From Marsupella aquatica (taxonomy: Eukaryota > Plantae > Marchantiophyta): a stretch of DNA of 64,000 nucleotides. The notes beneath the pieces are model-generated. The model searched no databases. It had not been told where the DNA came from and saw nothing but the letters and a program-made list of their open reading frames with translations. The position numbers and the translations under genes are program-made. Positions 42,074-54,619 of this stretch are shown one piece after another. The stretch is from positions 9,908,184-9,972,183 of the forward strand of contig OZ316895.1 of assembly GCA_973895155.1 (NCBI GenBank), written 5' to 3'. Numbering within the stretch: position 1 is the first letter of the stretch; each line of letters starts with the position of its first letter.

Positions 42074-45000
42074 TCAATAGAGCCTTCCCCGACAATTTGA
42101 AGCGCCACAATGACAAGGGCATCCTTTTCCTGGCAGTAGTTTGTATCTATAATCATAGGCCAACTCCTCGCCACTTTCGATCTGTACACAAACCCCAGAA
42201 GATTGATTCAAACCGCACAGAACAACTTCTTGTGGAGAGATAGATTGGCAAATAGGATATTCTGCAAATCAGAGTCCTAACTCTGCGGAGATTTTGAGCA
42301 TCCCATGGAGGATCATTTCTAAGGTACTTCATAGAGTTGCCCTAGTGATTACACGTCATGCACATGTCCTGAAATTTAGTCCAATTGACGTTCCAGGCAT
42401 TCTAGGATGGACAACTAGAAAGGTTTTGCGAAATGTACTACTGGTGTACTTACATCTCGGCTCGCAAAGAGCCCAATATGGGCTAGTTGACAGTCCATGC
42501 TGTCAACAAGAACTTGATAATTCACCAGATTTGGTTCACAACTGCAAATTAACAAAGAACATAAAAATCGGTCAAAAGATACTATTTCCCAGCTATTCAA
42601 GGTGACCAACATATTACAGTAAACAAGATATCTATGCATGCAAACTACTCCAAACAATTTAAATACAAGACAAATGACCTGTTTATACCTATGATTAATG
42701 AATCGTGCTACATTCCCGTGCTTTGTGGCATCGATAACAAACGGCTTAGCCCGGCCTACTCTCCCAGAGGTGTCAAGGTGTGCATCAATATCATACAAAT
42801 AGCTGCATCCCACCTGGTCATACCTGCAAACATCAACCAAAATAGAAAATGCTGGGTAGCATAAATTACGGTTCATAACAAGAGTCTCTTGGCCCGACAT
42901 ATATTGATTGATAGCTCTGGCATCTTGAGAAAACACTCCACAGCTACTAAACGGGTCAAGCCACGGCTTCCATCAAATTCATAGGATCAATTGAAAAGGC
43001 GAGGTACATGACCGCCAGGTAAAAAAAGGTAAGAATCGACATCCTAAGTCACCTAAACAACTGATGTGGGCCAGGGAGTGCAACTATACGTAAGTGGTAA
43101 AGTCTGCTGTCTTCAATTGCAGATGAAGTTTGTTAAAAATCACAATTAGAGAGCGGGCTTGTGAAATAGTAAAACCCTAGGAAAGTTTCGCTTGTAAGTA
43201 TCCCCAATGTTCTATTAGGCTAATATGTTGCAACAAACAGCTCTAAAATCTCCCTTGTGTGGCAACTCTCTCCACCCAATATATCCACCGTAGAACGTGA
43301 GGGTGAATCATATACGTGGATTCGGTTCAGTTGGAAGGAATTGAATGTCGAGGATTAGAAGTCTACTTGAAGTGGTTCATGCAAGACCTAAAGTACCAAG
43401 GGCAACTTCTTGGATCTTCTTACATCAAAACCAACTTCTCGACGAGAGGAATGTCCAGGTCAGCCCTGGTAGGGTGCAATATTCATGTGCTCCGCCGTAG
43501 GGTTCCAAGCAGCTCATTAACAAGAGGTTCATAACAACGTGACATACAAGACAGGTTGGAAACATTGTGCCAGAGAGTTCCAAAAGGCAATCAAGTCACG
43601 TTCGTTGTGGAACATTTGGAAGTGTTCAGTTAGTACACCATTCTTGTGATTCAAGATGTCATACGGAGTCATGTAGGTGTAAGTGACTTGGTGTGGATTT
43701 CAATGGTGAAGGAAACTAAGACTCGTTGGAATCACTGACCGGTATTCACGGTTTACCAACATTCAAACCCCCCGTCCCCCAAAGGAATAACTTAACGTGA
43801 GACATATCAGACTGTCCATCTAGATTGATGGGGACCAACAAGAATGGTTAATATTTCTCAAAATGGTTTTGATTCGAAGAGGGTATTCAACACTTGCCCA
43901 CATGCCAATGTTTGAGCAAGTCTGACTCCTAGTTTCTGTTCACCGCACATCTTCTCTTCCGTATGCCAACCTTACAGTAGAGAGGGCATGCTCAGAAGGC
44001 TGTCGTTTGTGGAAGCTCTCTTAGATGCCCCTGTGCGACAATAAATGTGCTCCAAAATTTTCAAGGCCAAATTGCTGAGGGTTGAAAGGCAACTTAACAA
44101 CGACTGGATCCATGTCCTTACGCATCTTTACAGCAAGGTCACAAAATTGCAGGAGGGTCCCACCATTCAGTTCAAACTGACCTTGTTAAACTATTCCAGG
44201 ACTAAGGTCATCAATCCAATTCCCTTAGAGATGCAACCATACACTCGACAAGACAGAAAACGACAGTCAGGAAGTAACAGATTTCTGTTGAAAAACCACC
44301 GGACCTCCCACCCATTAGCACAAAGCCTAGGTCTAGAAAGGGCTTCAGGGGGGGGAGGATGATTTGAGAAGTTGAGGGTTATGTACAAACTGTTAAAGCA
44401 AAAAAAAGAACATCTCAATCTGAAGTGTTAGATTCCAATAGCTCTCACCTCTCGCCCCTCTTGTTTGCCTCTTCATCATGGAGAACCTCACCAAGATACT
44501 CGCAAACAAACGTCCCTCTAGGAATCATTTGTGCCGCCCTGACAGCCCAGCCCTGCATTGAGACCAAAAAGCTGAGATAAAGATACCAATACCTTACCAT
44601 TGCTGGATTGCAAATAGATTTTAAAGGAGAACGCCCCCCTTGTCGAAAATGACGTCTAAGTAAGCCTTCTCTTGCATACATTGGCAATCTTATCTTGCTG
44701 TTTGGGAAATACCCAGAAAACGGTAGGTAGACAACTGCCAGACAAGTCATACCCGTTGTGACATCACATTCCATGCACGGATGCCTCATTATTTCGAAGC
44801 CATCCTAAAATTTCAATCGAGCCTAACATTAAACTGTTCTAAAGCTAGAAGAGCCGTGCAAAATGAAATTATTTAAGTGCGAAGCGTGCTTGTCAATCCA
44901 AGCCCTCATCCGACCTTTTGGAGTGTTCTGAAAACGTCCAGCTTTACTGTCACACCCTTTTGAAGGACACGGTTTTGACACGCCAGCTGGCAACGGCAGC

Positions 45001-48000
45001 TAGAATTGCACTCATACACAAGATATCCCTCCTACATTCCACCATTTTGGTTAGAGCAACGAACAAATACAGTAAATTTTGCAGAGGAGCGAGTCTTCAA
45101 GCGAAGACTTCCTGAATGAGAAATGTCGTAAGGTCGAATCGGTCGACTACCAGAAACAGTTAGCTTGATACAATTATAAAGCTCACAATACAAGAAAGGT
45201 ACCTCAAGAATAATGCAGCCCCTATTGTCGTAAGGAAAGCGGCCTGTCATAGGTTGTCCATATATATCAAGAGCATCCAGGTTGTCATTATCAAAAATGT
45301 CCACATGGTCACACGACCCTGGTGAACACTGTTGTCCTTCGCATGAACAACCGACCTTGTAGTTCTGCATGCAAACAGCTTAGAAGTAAATCGTTGCGCC
45401 AAGGCCACAAGAACCCGTAAGGCGTGAGCTTATTCATCAATATGCAATCATATTTGCGGCAGTCAAATTGGTCATCATACCTCGGGATCTACGCCAAGCG
45501 AAGGATTTAGAACCCGCTTTATGATATACTCGAAACTATCCGGTCTAAAGGTCTCTGATGTAGAACTCTCATCCTTGTGCGTCCTTCTCCAACTGTCCAC
45601 AACATCTTGCTCAACAGAACAAACAACTGGAACTGGTTCTAAGCCATTACTCAGATCTGTGCTGATTATAACAGTTTCGGACTTTGACGCCAAATTCCCA
45701 GAGTTCGGCAGATATTTCACAGTTTCATCCGCATCGATCTCGTTCAGTTTAGTTTCTTCTGCTTTCACAGTCACCAGAGGCTCACAAGTAGTACTTTCGG
45801 TTGCATCGATGGCTATTCTAAATTCTTTACAGCCACTAGGACAGAGGTAGCGGTCTGCCAGCCATTCTAGTTTGACATTAGCTTCAGTACAAACTTGAGA
45901 AACTCGTACCAAGAGTTGATCAGGCAGCTTTCTGTAATTTTGGTGTAGTGTTGTAAGCAACTTCGACTGACAGCATACAGACTGCGCCATGTCTATAAGT
46001 TCCGTGTCATCTGGGATATTTTCACATTTCGAGTCATTATCATAAGGTAACATTTGACCGCCTTTGGTTAACGAGTACAACGCCTTTCTCGGCCGTGCTG
46101 TGGGAACCTCACCGCGTTTCAATTGCCTTAAGTTTCGTAATTGGGCCGTATGCAATGCAACTTTCATGCGAAGCAAAAGTGCCTCTTTCTCCATGTCAAG
46201 ATTATTGTCAGATTGCTTCAAGAACCTACCCCTTTTCTTATTTCTTCTAGATCCTGCGCCAGCTTGCCATAATCCAGACCCCTTCTCATCCGATTTTCGT
46301 CGAATTTGAAGCTTCACCCTGCCAGAATCCGAACTGCAAGCACTTTTACTAGAGGGGCCGGCCAGAGGTCCAATAGAATGTTCAGCGTCTGCATGACGGT
46401 GTAAGTCGGGAAGCGAAGGAAATTTCTTATCACAATTACGGCATCCATAGAGTTGAGGCGCAGCTTGGGAGCTCGAGTCATGGTTGTCCCCATATAATGT
46501 ATCACCTGAGGTTCGCATTCTTGTGCCAATTACCTCATTCTTCAGACTTTTGTGTATTCTTTCCTTGTGATGGAACAGATCCCAATGTGTTACGAATTCC
46601 TCGTGGCAATCATCACACTCCAAAGTCTCAGCAGCATCAACTGCCTCTGGAATTCTAATCTCCAAGGCAGTCGTTCTCAGCGCAGGACTGGAAAGCTGAT
46701 CAGGATGCGCAGAGCACACATGCTGTAGTAGACTATCATGAGTATCGAATCGCGTGTTACAAGTCGAACAGACAGCGGTCCAGTCAGGGGACCTTACGGG
46801 AAGAGATTGATGGCGCTTCCTCCAATGTCTCCGTACCGTATGCTTTCTAGAATATAGGTGACCACAGGCTCGACATGCATACCCTTTCACAAACAAGATT
46901 ACTTCTTTTCTGTGAGAATCCTTCCAATGCTTGGCAAGATCCTCTTGGTGCGCAACCGCCAAACTGCATAAACCACAAGTCACGGACGTCGGTTCTTCAG
47001 TCACCTTTGAATTTTCTGCAACATTACCATTCACCAGTCCCGGTGAGACTGATTTCATCTCATTCTTGGTCTCATCAACAGCTGTAGTTGGTTTAAGGAC
47101 CGTGTTAAGCCTTGACATTTCCATTGTCACCAACTTAAGTAATTCTTCTGCAGTAGCATAATCCTGCGCAGCTTCTGTTGTTGTCACCTTTAAGAGCTGT
47201 TTCTTGGCCACCAACCCATCGGCTTCTGACGAGATCTCGTCTGCCGACTTCAAAAACCTCTCTAGCAAACTTTTAGCGCTTGAAACGCTGCTGCTTATCT
47301 TTGAATCTTCTTCAAGCAACTTTCTCCCACCCTCAGAGGCTAACAAGTGCTTTGTGCACAGTGAATGTCCAGCTCTTGCTCTAAATGAGCACTGCTCGCC
47401 ATCCCTGGTAGTTCGACCCTTGCAACGCAGAGAGGGACTCGGCCTACCGTCGGAAACCTTCCGGAAATGCGCATCTTGCCCTTTCGACAATGGAGATTTG
47501 ACATGATTGGGGGACTGTCTACTAAAGAAGCTCGACACGAATTTCCTTTTTCGGACCAAACCATCATTTACAGTTGAGGCCGAGGTGCTTCCTTGCATCA
47601 ATTCATTTCCATGGGTTATAGAAATTGCATGATGACTGTCAACTTGGCCTACCTGGATTTGTACTGGTGAACCATTTTGAGAATCGAATCTAGATGTCCT
47701 CGCTCTTTTACTGGCAAAACCTTCTGACCCCTGCAATTGAATTTGTACTTCACGTTCTTCGTTGTGACCTTCCGTGCCTTGGATGGAGTGTTTCGCACAG
47801 TATTTGCTTCCATCTTGAGGCTTATGTGTACACCGTATTCCACGAGTAGTCATTCCATGACATCTGGTTTCCTTGATAGAAGCCGAGAAGTCAACGTCCT
47901 CATTCTTGTCAGTACTTTGAACTGCACCCAAATGGATATGCGTTTGACAGAAAATAGACCCCTCGCTTACTGAGTGGGGACATCGAGTGAACTGTTGTTC

Positions 48001-51000
48001 CAAAGATGCAGAACACAAACCACTCTCCCACGCTAGACCTCCTTCTGACTCAAGTTCCTTCCCACTGTTTTCAGGTTCCGCCAGATGCTTGTGCTTGCCA
48101 CAATACGTAATGTCTTCTTTCACTGGACGATTACAACGCCGACTCTTCCTTTTCAAAAACGCTGTACATAGTCCGCTATTAAAAGCCACGGGCCCTTCTG
48201 ATACGCCAGTCTCTTTATCTACATCATTGGAAGCATCCACTAGATTAGCTCTGTGAAGCAGAAGCACATTGAAATTAAGTCAATCCAACAAATACCATCA
48301 CCTGAGCGTCCAAATGTAAATCTACAACTGCATGGCAATGATCCCTCAAATAGGAGATGATGACTGCTGACCTTCCAACATAGGTGAAAGGTGCACAAGA
48401 GGTGAACGGAATGCTGTTGTGGCATGCCCAAAACTTGAACTCCCAGGCCCTCCTGAAAATTGAACTTCTGGTGAAACGGAATTGACTTTCAAACGTTTCT
48501 GTGAAGAATTTTCCATTGTATCTAAAGAATGTTGAGGCTGGCGCCGTGCCCTTGCCTGCTCCTTAAATCGTTTTGAGCCACTACCAGCAGCTATTTGCGC
48601 TCCTATAGGGGACTCATCCCGTGGTGCTTTAGAAGCCCTTGGGTCACGATCATCATCACTATCCTTCTCCTCAAATGCATCTCCTTTCCAGTGCTCCCAT
48701 TCAGGATCAAGCTCTGGCTGTTCAGCTGCATTCCAAAGAGGTGCCACCTCCTCCCATCGTACAGCATTGATCAACTCCTGAAACGAGTACAAACCGATAA
48801 ACAAGCATCATTACTTCCCACCACATTGACAAATAGCTACAGAATGGACACCATATATCGAACCTACTGAATTTATGATAACCATACAAAAACTAACCAA
48901 GGAGCTCTATAAAGAGGAAACCCCATTCATCACGGGCCAGCTTTGGTATATTTGAACTCACAACGTACCCTGGTCAACTTCTGCAAAACTGCAGCACTCT
49001 CAGCTTTAGCACAATCCTCTGTCCAGTCAGAATAGCGCTGCGAACTCCATCTACCTTTAATATAAATAGGAGCAATGGTCTGCACAAGACCACAAGCAAA
49101 TATTCAAGACCTTGCAATGTGGTAAGACGAAATTGTCACGTAATTCGACCATATACAGTCTCGACGGAATCGAATCTGCAAGGCTTTAATAAACATGCAA
49201 AAGTAGTACATATCACCTAAACAAATCAAAAGCCTCTTCACCCATAATCAAGAGAGAGGAAAAAGACATGCGCAAAAGTCTGGCTTCATTTATATGAGCT
49301 GCTTTCAAGTACAGGTGGCATGGGTTGAAATCAAAGAACTCAATAACAGGTGCCCTAAAACGGCCCCAAGGCTGGGAAACAGGCCACAGGTTAGATCGTG
49401 CTCACATGATGGAGCCTGACCAGAAGCTCCCCGAGTTCTGCGTAAAGAGTTGCTGCAGCTGCCTCTTTGGCAAAAGTCTTCCAGACGTTTACATTTTGTG
49501 CTCGTTCCACCACAGCCTAGGAACATAAACATGCAGAAATGTCTGAGAGCTTAGTAATGGCAAACTGGCACAGACATATATCCAATCTGCCTATCTAAGA
49601 TTCGAATTGGTTCTCTTCGTCACTTGAAATGTTCTGTCATGTCTTCGAATGCCCTGCAACTGCCTCCCTAGCGTGACCTGAACTACCAATTATCCGTCAT
49701 ATCTGCTTTAGGTAGAATTAAAAACGGAGATTTAAACTCCTGAACTACACAATTCGCAACAAGGTAGGCAAGAGTAGAGCCATATTGATGCATTGCTGTT
49801 GCATTTCCATCTTCAACCCACGTCATTGACGGACAGGATACCCAAGTATCTGAGACCGAAAAAAATGAAGTACCTTAATATGAAGGCGATCGCTGATGTC
49901 AAGTATTTCGCCCCCTAGTTTGAGCAACATTCTCCGTCGAGGAAGAAATCCATCTTTCACTGCCTGGCGCTGAGTGAAGTGTGTACCAGCAAGAAGGGGA
50001 AGTGGGCTTTCCTTGATGGGGCACGTATGCTGAGTATCGACCCAAGAAAAGAGACGTGCAGATGGAAAATAGGCCACGACATGTTTCTTTTTGCTGTAAT
50101 TAGGTTTGGCTTTCAGTGTTGTAGGCGGGCAATCGGTAATACTGCACCGAATAGCAGCTTCCCATTTCCCCCTCCACTGCGATCGCGAGAAGATAGTTCA
50201 GATTAGTCAACCGGCAAGAAACTCAACTAAAACACCTCCATCAAAGTTTCTAGAAATCAAAATCTCTCCATTTCTTCACTTTTGCTTCTAGCCCATGCAC
50301 CAATATCAGAAGAATCCGGTGGTAATTCGTCACTTGAAATAAGCGACAAAGTGCGGTTGCCATATGCTCTGCTTAGCATTTAAAGTGACGGTTTTGAATA
50401 TTTCTTATAATATTGCTCGTGAAATTGGACTTCTACTCTCATGTTTCGCGGGACTATTAAAGTCTTGAACTCATTATCCTCTCTTCGTATAAATTTTGAT
50501 CGCTTCTGTCCTAGCTAGGGGACCATATCAACTCTCTGTGCCGCCTCAGATTATGGCCTCCTCCTCTGCGCCTGTTGAGACACTTCTTTCTGAATTTCTG
50601 AGGTTGCTGTATTTACAAATCCAAAATATTGCGAGTCACTTGACAAAAAACCTCTCGCCTTCCCCAGGTTAGTGGACAAGGCATTGCATTCATTCGTTCT
50701 CTTATGCTTCCAACCTAATTAAGAACAAAATTTACGCACCTTCACCCACAACGGCACCCCCTCGCCTTCTTCCGGACCTTCAGCTTCCATTTTCTCTTTT
50801 CCCGACGATTTTTCCGAACCCTTGGAATCCGCACGTTCAAGTGTTCTCGAGTCAAATGACACACGGACCCCGTTACTCTGATACTGTTTAACATTTCTCT
50901 CTGACTGCCCTTTCGGAACTTCGGCAGATACTGTCAAAGTACAAGCTCCGGACGAACGAGGCTGTACGGTAGGGTGAGGAAACTCTGTCCCATTGGCTTT

Positions 51001-52455
51001 CAACCCTTCCTTCGATAAAGGTTGCGGGAAAGGACTTCCTTCACGCTCTCCCTGCTCGTCCTCCACACCAACACTACCATCATCATCAGATTCCTGTCCC
51101 ACCCCGTCCACATCTGCACTGTCAAGAGCCTCATCATGTTCGATCATCGTTCCGTTGTTTCCATTCGGAGGGTTAAGGTCGTCTTTACACCCTCCTGAGA
51201 AAGAAGAATGCCCACATTCAGAACTTCCTTCATTTTCCGTGGAACCAAGAACGTTCCCCGCATCTTGTGGAGGCTCATTAGCGACCTGTGGACTATCTGA
51301 AGGCTGCTCTGGTGCCGGAACAATTGCAGAATCTGGCCGTGGAGAGTATAATTCTTGTTCGAATGTTGGTGGCCATCGAGCACCTTGGAGACCGTCTAGG
51401 CTGTCTCCGTCTCTCACTGCCTCGTCAATGGAATATTTCCCAGCGGAAGATGCACCACATTCAATGTGTTCAGAGACCGGCGTCTCACTGACATTTCCAC
51501 TATCGTTGCTTCCATCTCCTGCCTGAAGACATTGCTGCCTCTCTTCGGTATCAAACAAGTCTTGGTCAGACAGAGTGGTGACATCCATACCTCTACTAGC
51601 GGCGAATTCGGAAGCAACTGAACCCTGTGGCAACCCCACGACCTGCTCACGATCAGAGACACCTTCCACTTCCACATCGTCGATGGTAAAGAGCACACTG
51701 TCTGCAGCTTGTGGAGCAGAATGAAGTGGTTGAGCACCATCCAGTCCTTCCATGTCTTCCGGCACCTCAGCCGGATGAGGGTATTCCGCAGCTTGAGAGG
51801 ATTTGTTGATAATTTCGCGAATGGCTTCTTCGAAGATGGAATCTCCATCATTTCCCATACCGTAATTCGACGGGTCCATACCGTGAGGTATCCAGGCGTC
51901 GTCTCCCCCTTCAGGCTCAGTCGCTAGAGGCAAGTCCTGGGCAACACCATCATCAGCTTCTCCGTCTAATACGCCGTCGCGTTGCACGAATTGGAAACCC
52001 TCCTCCACCCCCGCCAGGGGCATATAATCGTCAAACTCATCTCCGACTCGTTGCATTGCTGCTGCCGCAGCATCCTCATCGTCGTCACCTCCTCCTCCAT
52101 CCATTAAACCTACTCCTCCGTTGTCCAATAAGACACCACTCCCGTCCCCTCCTCCTCTTTGCCGCTCCGCCGCTCGTGCTAATCCTACTCCTGTAGCACC
52201 GTTCCCATTGCAATCCAATCCCTCCCGCTCTCCTTCTTGATGATGCTGCTCGACGACCCGCGAATGCTCAAGACGTCCAATTCCAGCTCCATGTACGGCT
52301 CCTTTCCCTCTTCGATAATTCTCGTCGAGCCCTACCGACGAGCTGACTGCTGCTGTTTCACCTGGGCCTGGAACACAAGGAACAGGAGGAGAAAGAGAAG
52401 GAGGAGGAGGAGGAGGAGATAGGTCGGATTGCGACGAGCCTTCCATCAATGCCAT
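42074..52455 (-). CDS. SUVR5: SUVR5-like histone-lysine N-methyltransferase (CCCH and C2H2 zinc fingers, pre-SET/SET/post-SET), about 2040 aa
   Basis: Twelve exons: 52455-50740, 50176-49874, 49516-49406, 49079-48969, 48777-48372, ~48239-45481, 45364-45203, 45031-44915, 44552-44449, 42823-42689, 42541-42454, 42181-42074. Motifs: SUVR5 N-terminal LWVKWRGKW, zinc fingers, GCSC...[55 protein letters not shown]. The start codon and the exon 6 acceptor are less certain. Confidence 0.92.
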
Positions 52456-52473
52456 CCTCGATGCGCCTCCTCG

Positions 52474-52509
52474 CCAGCAGCAGCGGCAGCAGCAGCAGCA
52501 GCAGCAGCA
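52474..52509. repeat. (CAG/CTG)n trinucleotide repeat just upstream of the SUVR5 ATG
   Basis: About 11 CAG units with one CGG interruption. Confidence 0.9.
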
Positions 52510-52846
52510 TTTCTTCGCGAAGGCGTCGTAATCGTGGACTCGAAGGCGTTGTCGTCGTTGTGGATGTTGTTGAACTCTTTCCCCGATGAGCCTTTTTTTC
52601 CGCCCCTTCCCATTTCTGCCCTCCTGCCACACTCCCGCTCGCTCAAAGGAAGACCGAGGTCACCGACCGACACACGGCGCACAAGTAAGTAGTGCTGCAG
52701 AACCCGAATGGAATACGGGAATTCCTTCGAGCTCTCGCTCCTTGCCGAGTTTCCAGTCACGATAATCTGCCGATCCTGTCTGCGTGCCTGAAGGCCCAAA
52801 ATTCCAAGGCCAGCACCAACGATTTTCGCGCTCTCGCTCTCCTTTT

Positions 52847-53190
52847 CCACCTTTTGCTCGCTTGCCTTGCCCCCTTCGTCACCTTTGCTCGCTTGCCTTG
52901 CCCCCTTCGTCACCTTTGCTCGCTTACCCCCTGCCCCCCCCCCCCCCCCCTCCTGCACCTTTTTGCTCGCTTGCCTTGCCCCCTTCCTCACCTTTGCTCG
53001 CTTGCCTTGCCCCCCTTCTTCACCTTTGCTCGCCTTGCCCCCTTCTTCACCTTTGCTCGCTTGCCTTGCCCCCTTTTGCACCTTTGCTCCCTTGCCCCCT
53101 TCTCCACCTTTGCCCGCTTGCCTTGCCCCCTTTTGCACCTTTGCTCGCTTGCCTTGCCCCCTTCTCCACCTTTGCTCGCTTGCCTTGCCC
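52847..53190. repeat. Pyrimidine-rich minisatellite of about 31 bp with a poly-C run, in the SUVR5 promoter region
   Basis: About 11 units of CACCTTTGCTCGCTTGCCTTGCCCCCTT..; C run at about 52935-52950. Confidence 0.92.
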
Positions 53191-53358
53191 GTTTATTTTG
53201 GCCTCTGGTGAGTATCATCGTTCCGCTTTTGTGGGAGAGTTTAATGACAGTTCGATGGGATAACGAGGCTTATGATGGTATGGGCTTATGATGGTATGGG
53301 CTGTCGACTATTCGGTATTTATGTGATTATATTACTAATTGCTATTACTATACTATTA

Positions 53359-53965
53359 CTAGCTCAATACCTGTGCGTCGCACAAAAGAAGTCGTGTCGG
53401 TCAAGATGTCGTTGAGAAAAAATGATGTCATGTCAGCCAAGAGGTCATGGAGAGAAAAGATGTTGTGTCGACCAAGAGGTCTTGGAGAGAAAAATGTTGT
53501 GTCGCCGAAGAGGTCGTTGAGAGAAAAGATGTTGTGTTGGCCAAGAGGTTGTTGAGAGAAAAGAAGTCATGTTGGCCAAGATGTCGTTGAGAAAAAAAGA
53601 TGTGTCGGCCAAGAGGTCGTGGAGAGAAATTATGTCAAGTCGCCCTAAAGTTCTTTCATTGAGAGAAAAGAAATTGTTGAGAAAAAAAAGATTTCGTGTC
53701 AGCCAAGAGGTTCTTGAGAAAAAAGATGTCGTCTTGGTCAAGAAGTCATTGAGAAAAAAGATGTCGTGTCGGCCAAGATGTCGTTACAAAAAAATTGTCA
53801 TGTCGGCCAAGATGTTGTTGAGAAAAAAGATGTCGTGTCGGCAAAGACATCGTTGAGGGAAAAGATGTCGTGTCGGCCAAGACATCGTTCTGGAAAATAC
53901 CTGTGCGTTGCACAAAAGATGTTGTTAAGAAAAAAGATTGTTCCTTTCAAACCTTCACCTCCCCC
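53359..53965 (-). mobile_element. Non-autonomous Helitron 3' portion (same family as the 38433 copy) with a ~33-bp tandem array
   Basis: A|CTAGCTCAATACCTGTGCGTCGCAC at 53359 is the reverse complement of hairpin + CTAG|T. About 15 units of GTGTCGGCCAAGA(T/G)GTCGTTGAGAAAAAAGATGTC follow. Confidence 0.75.
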
Positions 53966-54619
53966 TTTTTCCCTTTTCCTATTTTTGGTCTTCTCTTTTT
54001 CACATTCACCATCACTCCACTCGTTCACCGCCCCCCTTCCCCACCCATGTGAGATCGAGGGGCTACCCTACATTGCGAGTGTGCCCCTCGCCTGAGACCT
54101 TGCCATCAACACCCATGCCATGCGCTTCACTATGTCTTTGGGCCTTATTACTTTTGTTTTTTTGGCATTGAAAATGACTCTGCAAATGAATGTAAAAATC
54201 ACCACAAATATTGGGAGAATAGTTTTTTATTGATCTAGTGACTAAAATGTTATTAGCAATTAAATTACTTTTAGGGACTCTTACCAATATTATACAAACT
54301 TATGATGCACACAATATTGAAATATGTACAATGAATATGTACAATACAAATTTACTTGTGAATATGTACAATATTTATTGCAAGGATGTATACTCCTTGA
54401 TCCTTGTGCATTGTGTTAAAGTCTTTCCCTTCTTTTTTTGTGTGCCTCGTGTGATTATTCTTGCTTGTCTTGGGCATCGGTGCAACTTTTTGTGACTCAC
54501 ACTAAACTCAATTCACACTTTGGCTTTATTGTTTACCTTTGACCAGATTTTTTAATTTTTGTGCCCTGCAAATTTGAATGACGACCACTCTAAAAAGTGG
54601 CGCAACTGTGTATTATAGT

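Noticed and set aside
42900-44400. Possible LINE RT relic in the 1.6-kb SUVR5 intron
   Set aside because: Only vague motif echoes, with no convincing RT signature by eye; BLASTx would be needed.
52446-53291. Repetitive 114-230 aa ORFs and a poly-Cys N-terminal extension of SUVR5
   Set aside because: They arise from the minisatellite and the CAG repeat, and there is no in-frame upstream ATG for the poly-Cys stretch.
37985-53965. Giant TIR transposon that captured SUVR5
   Set aside because: The inverted similarity is explained by two Helitron 3' ends facing inward. No outer TIR or TSD was found and the gene looks like an intact host gene.
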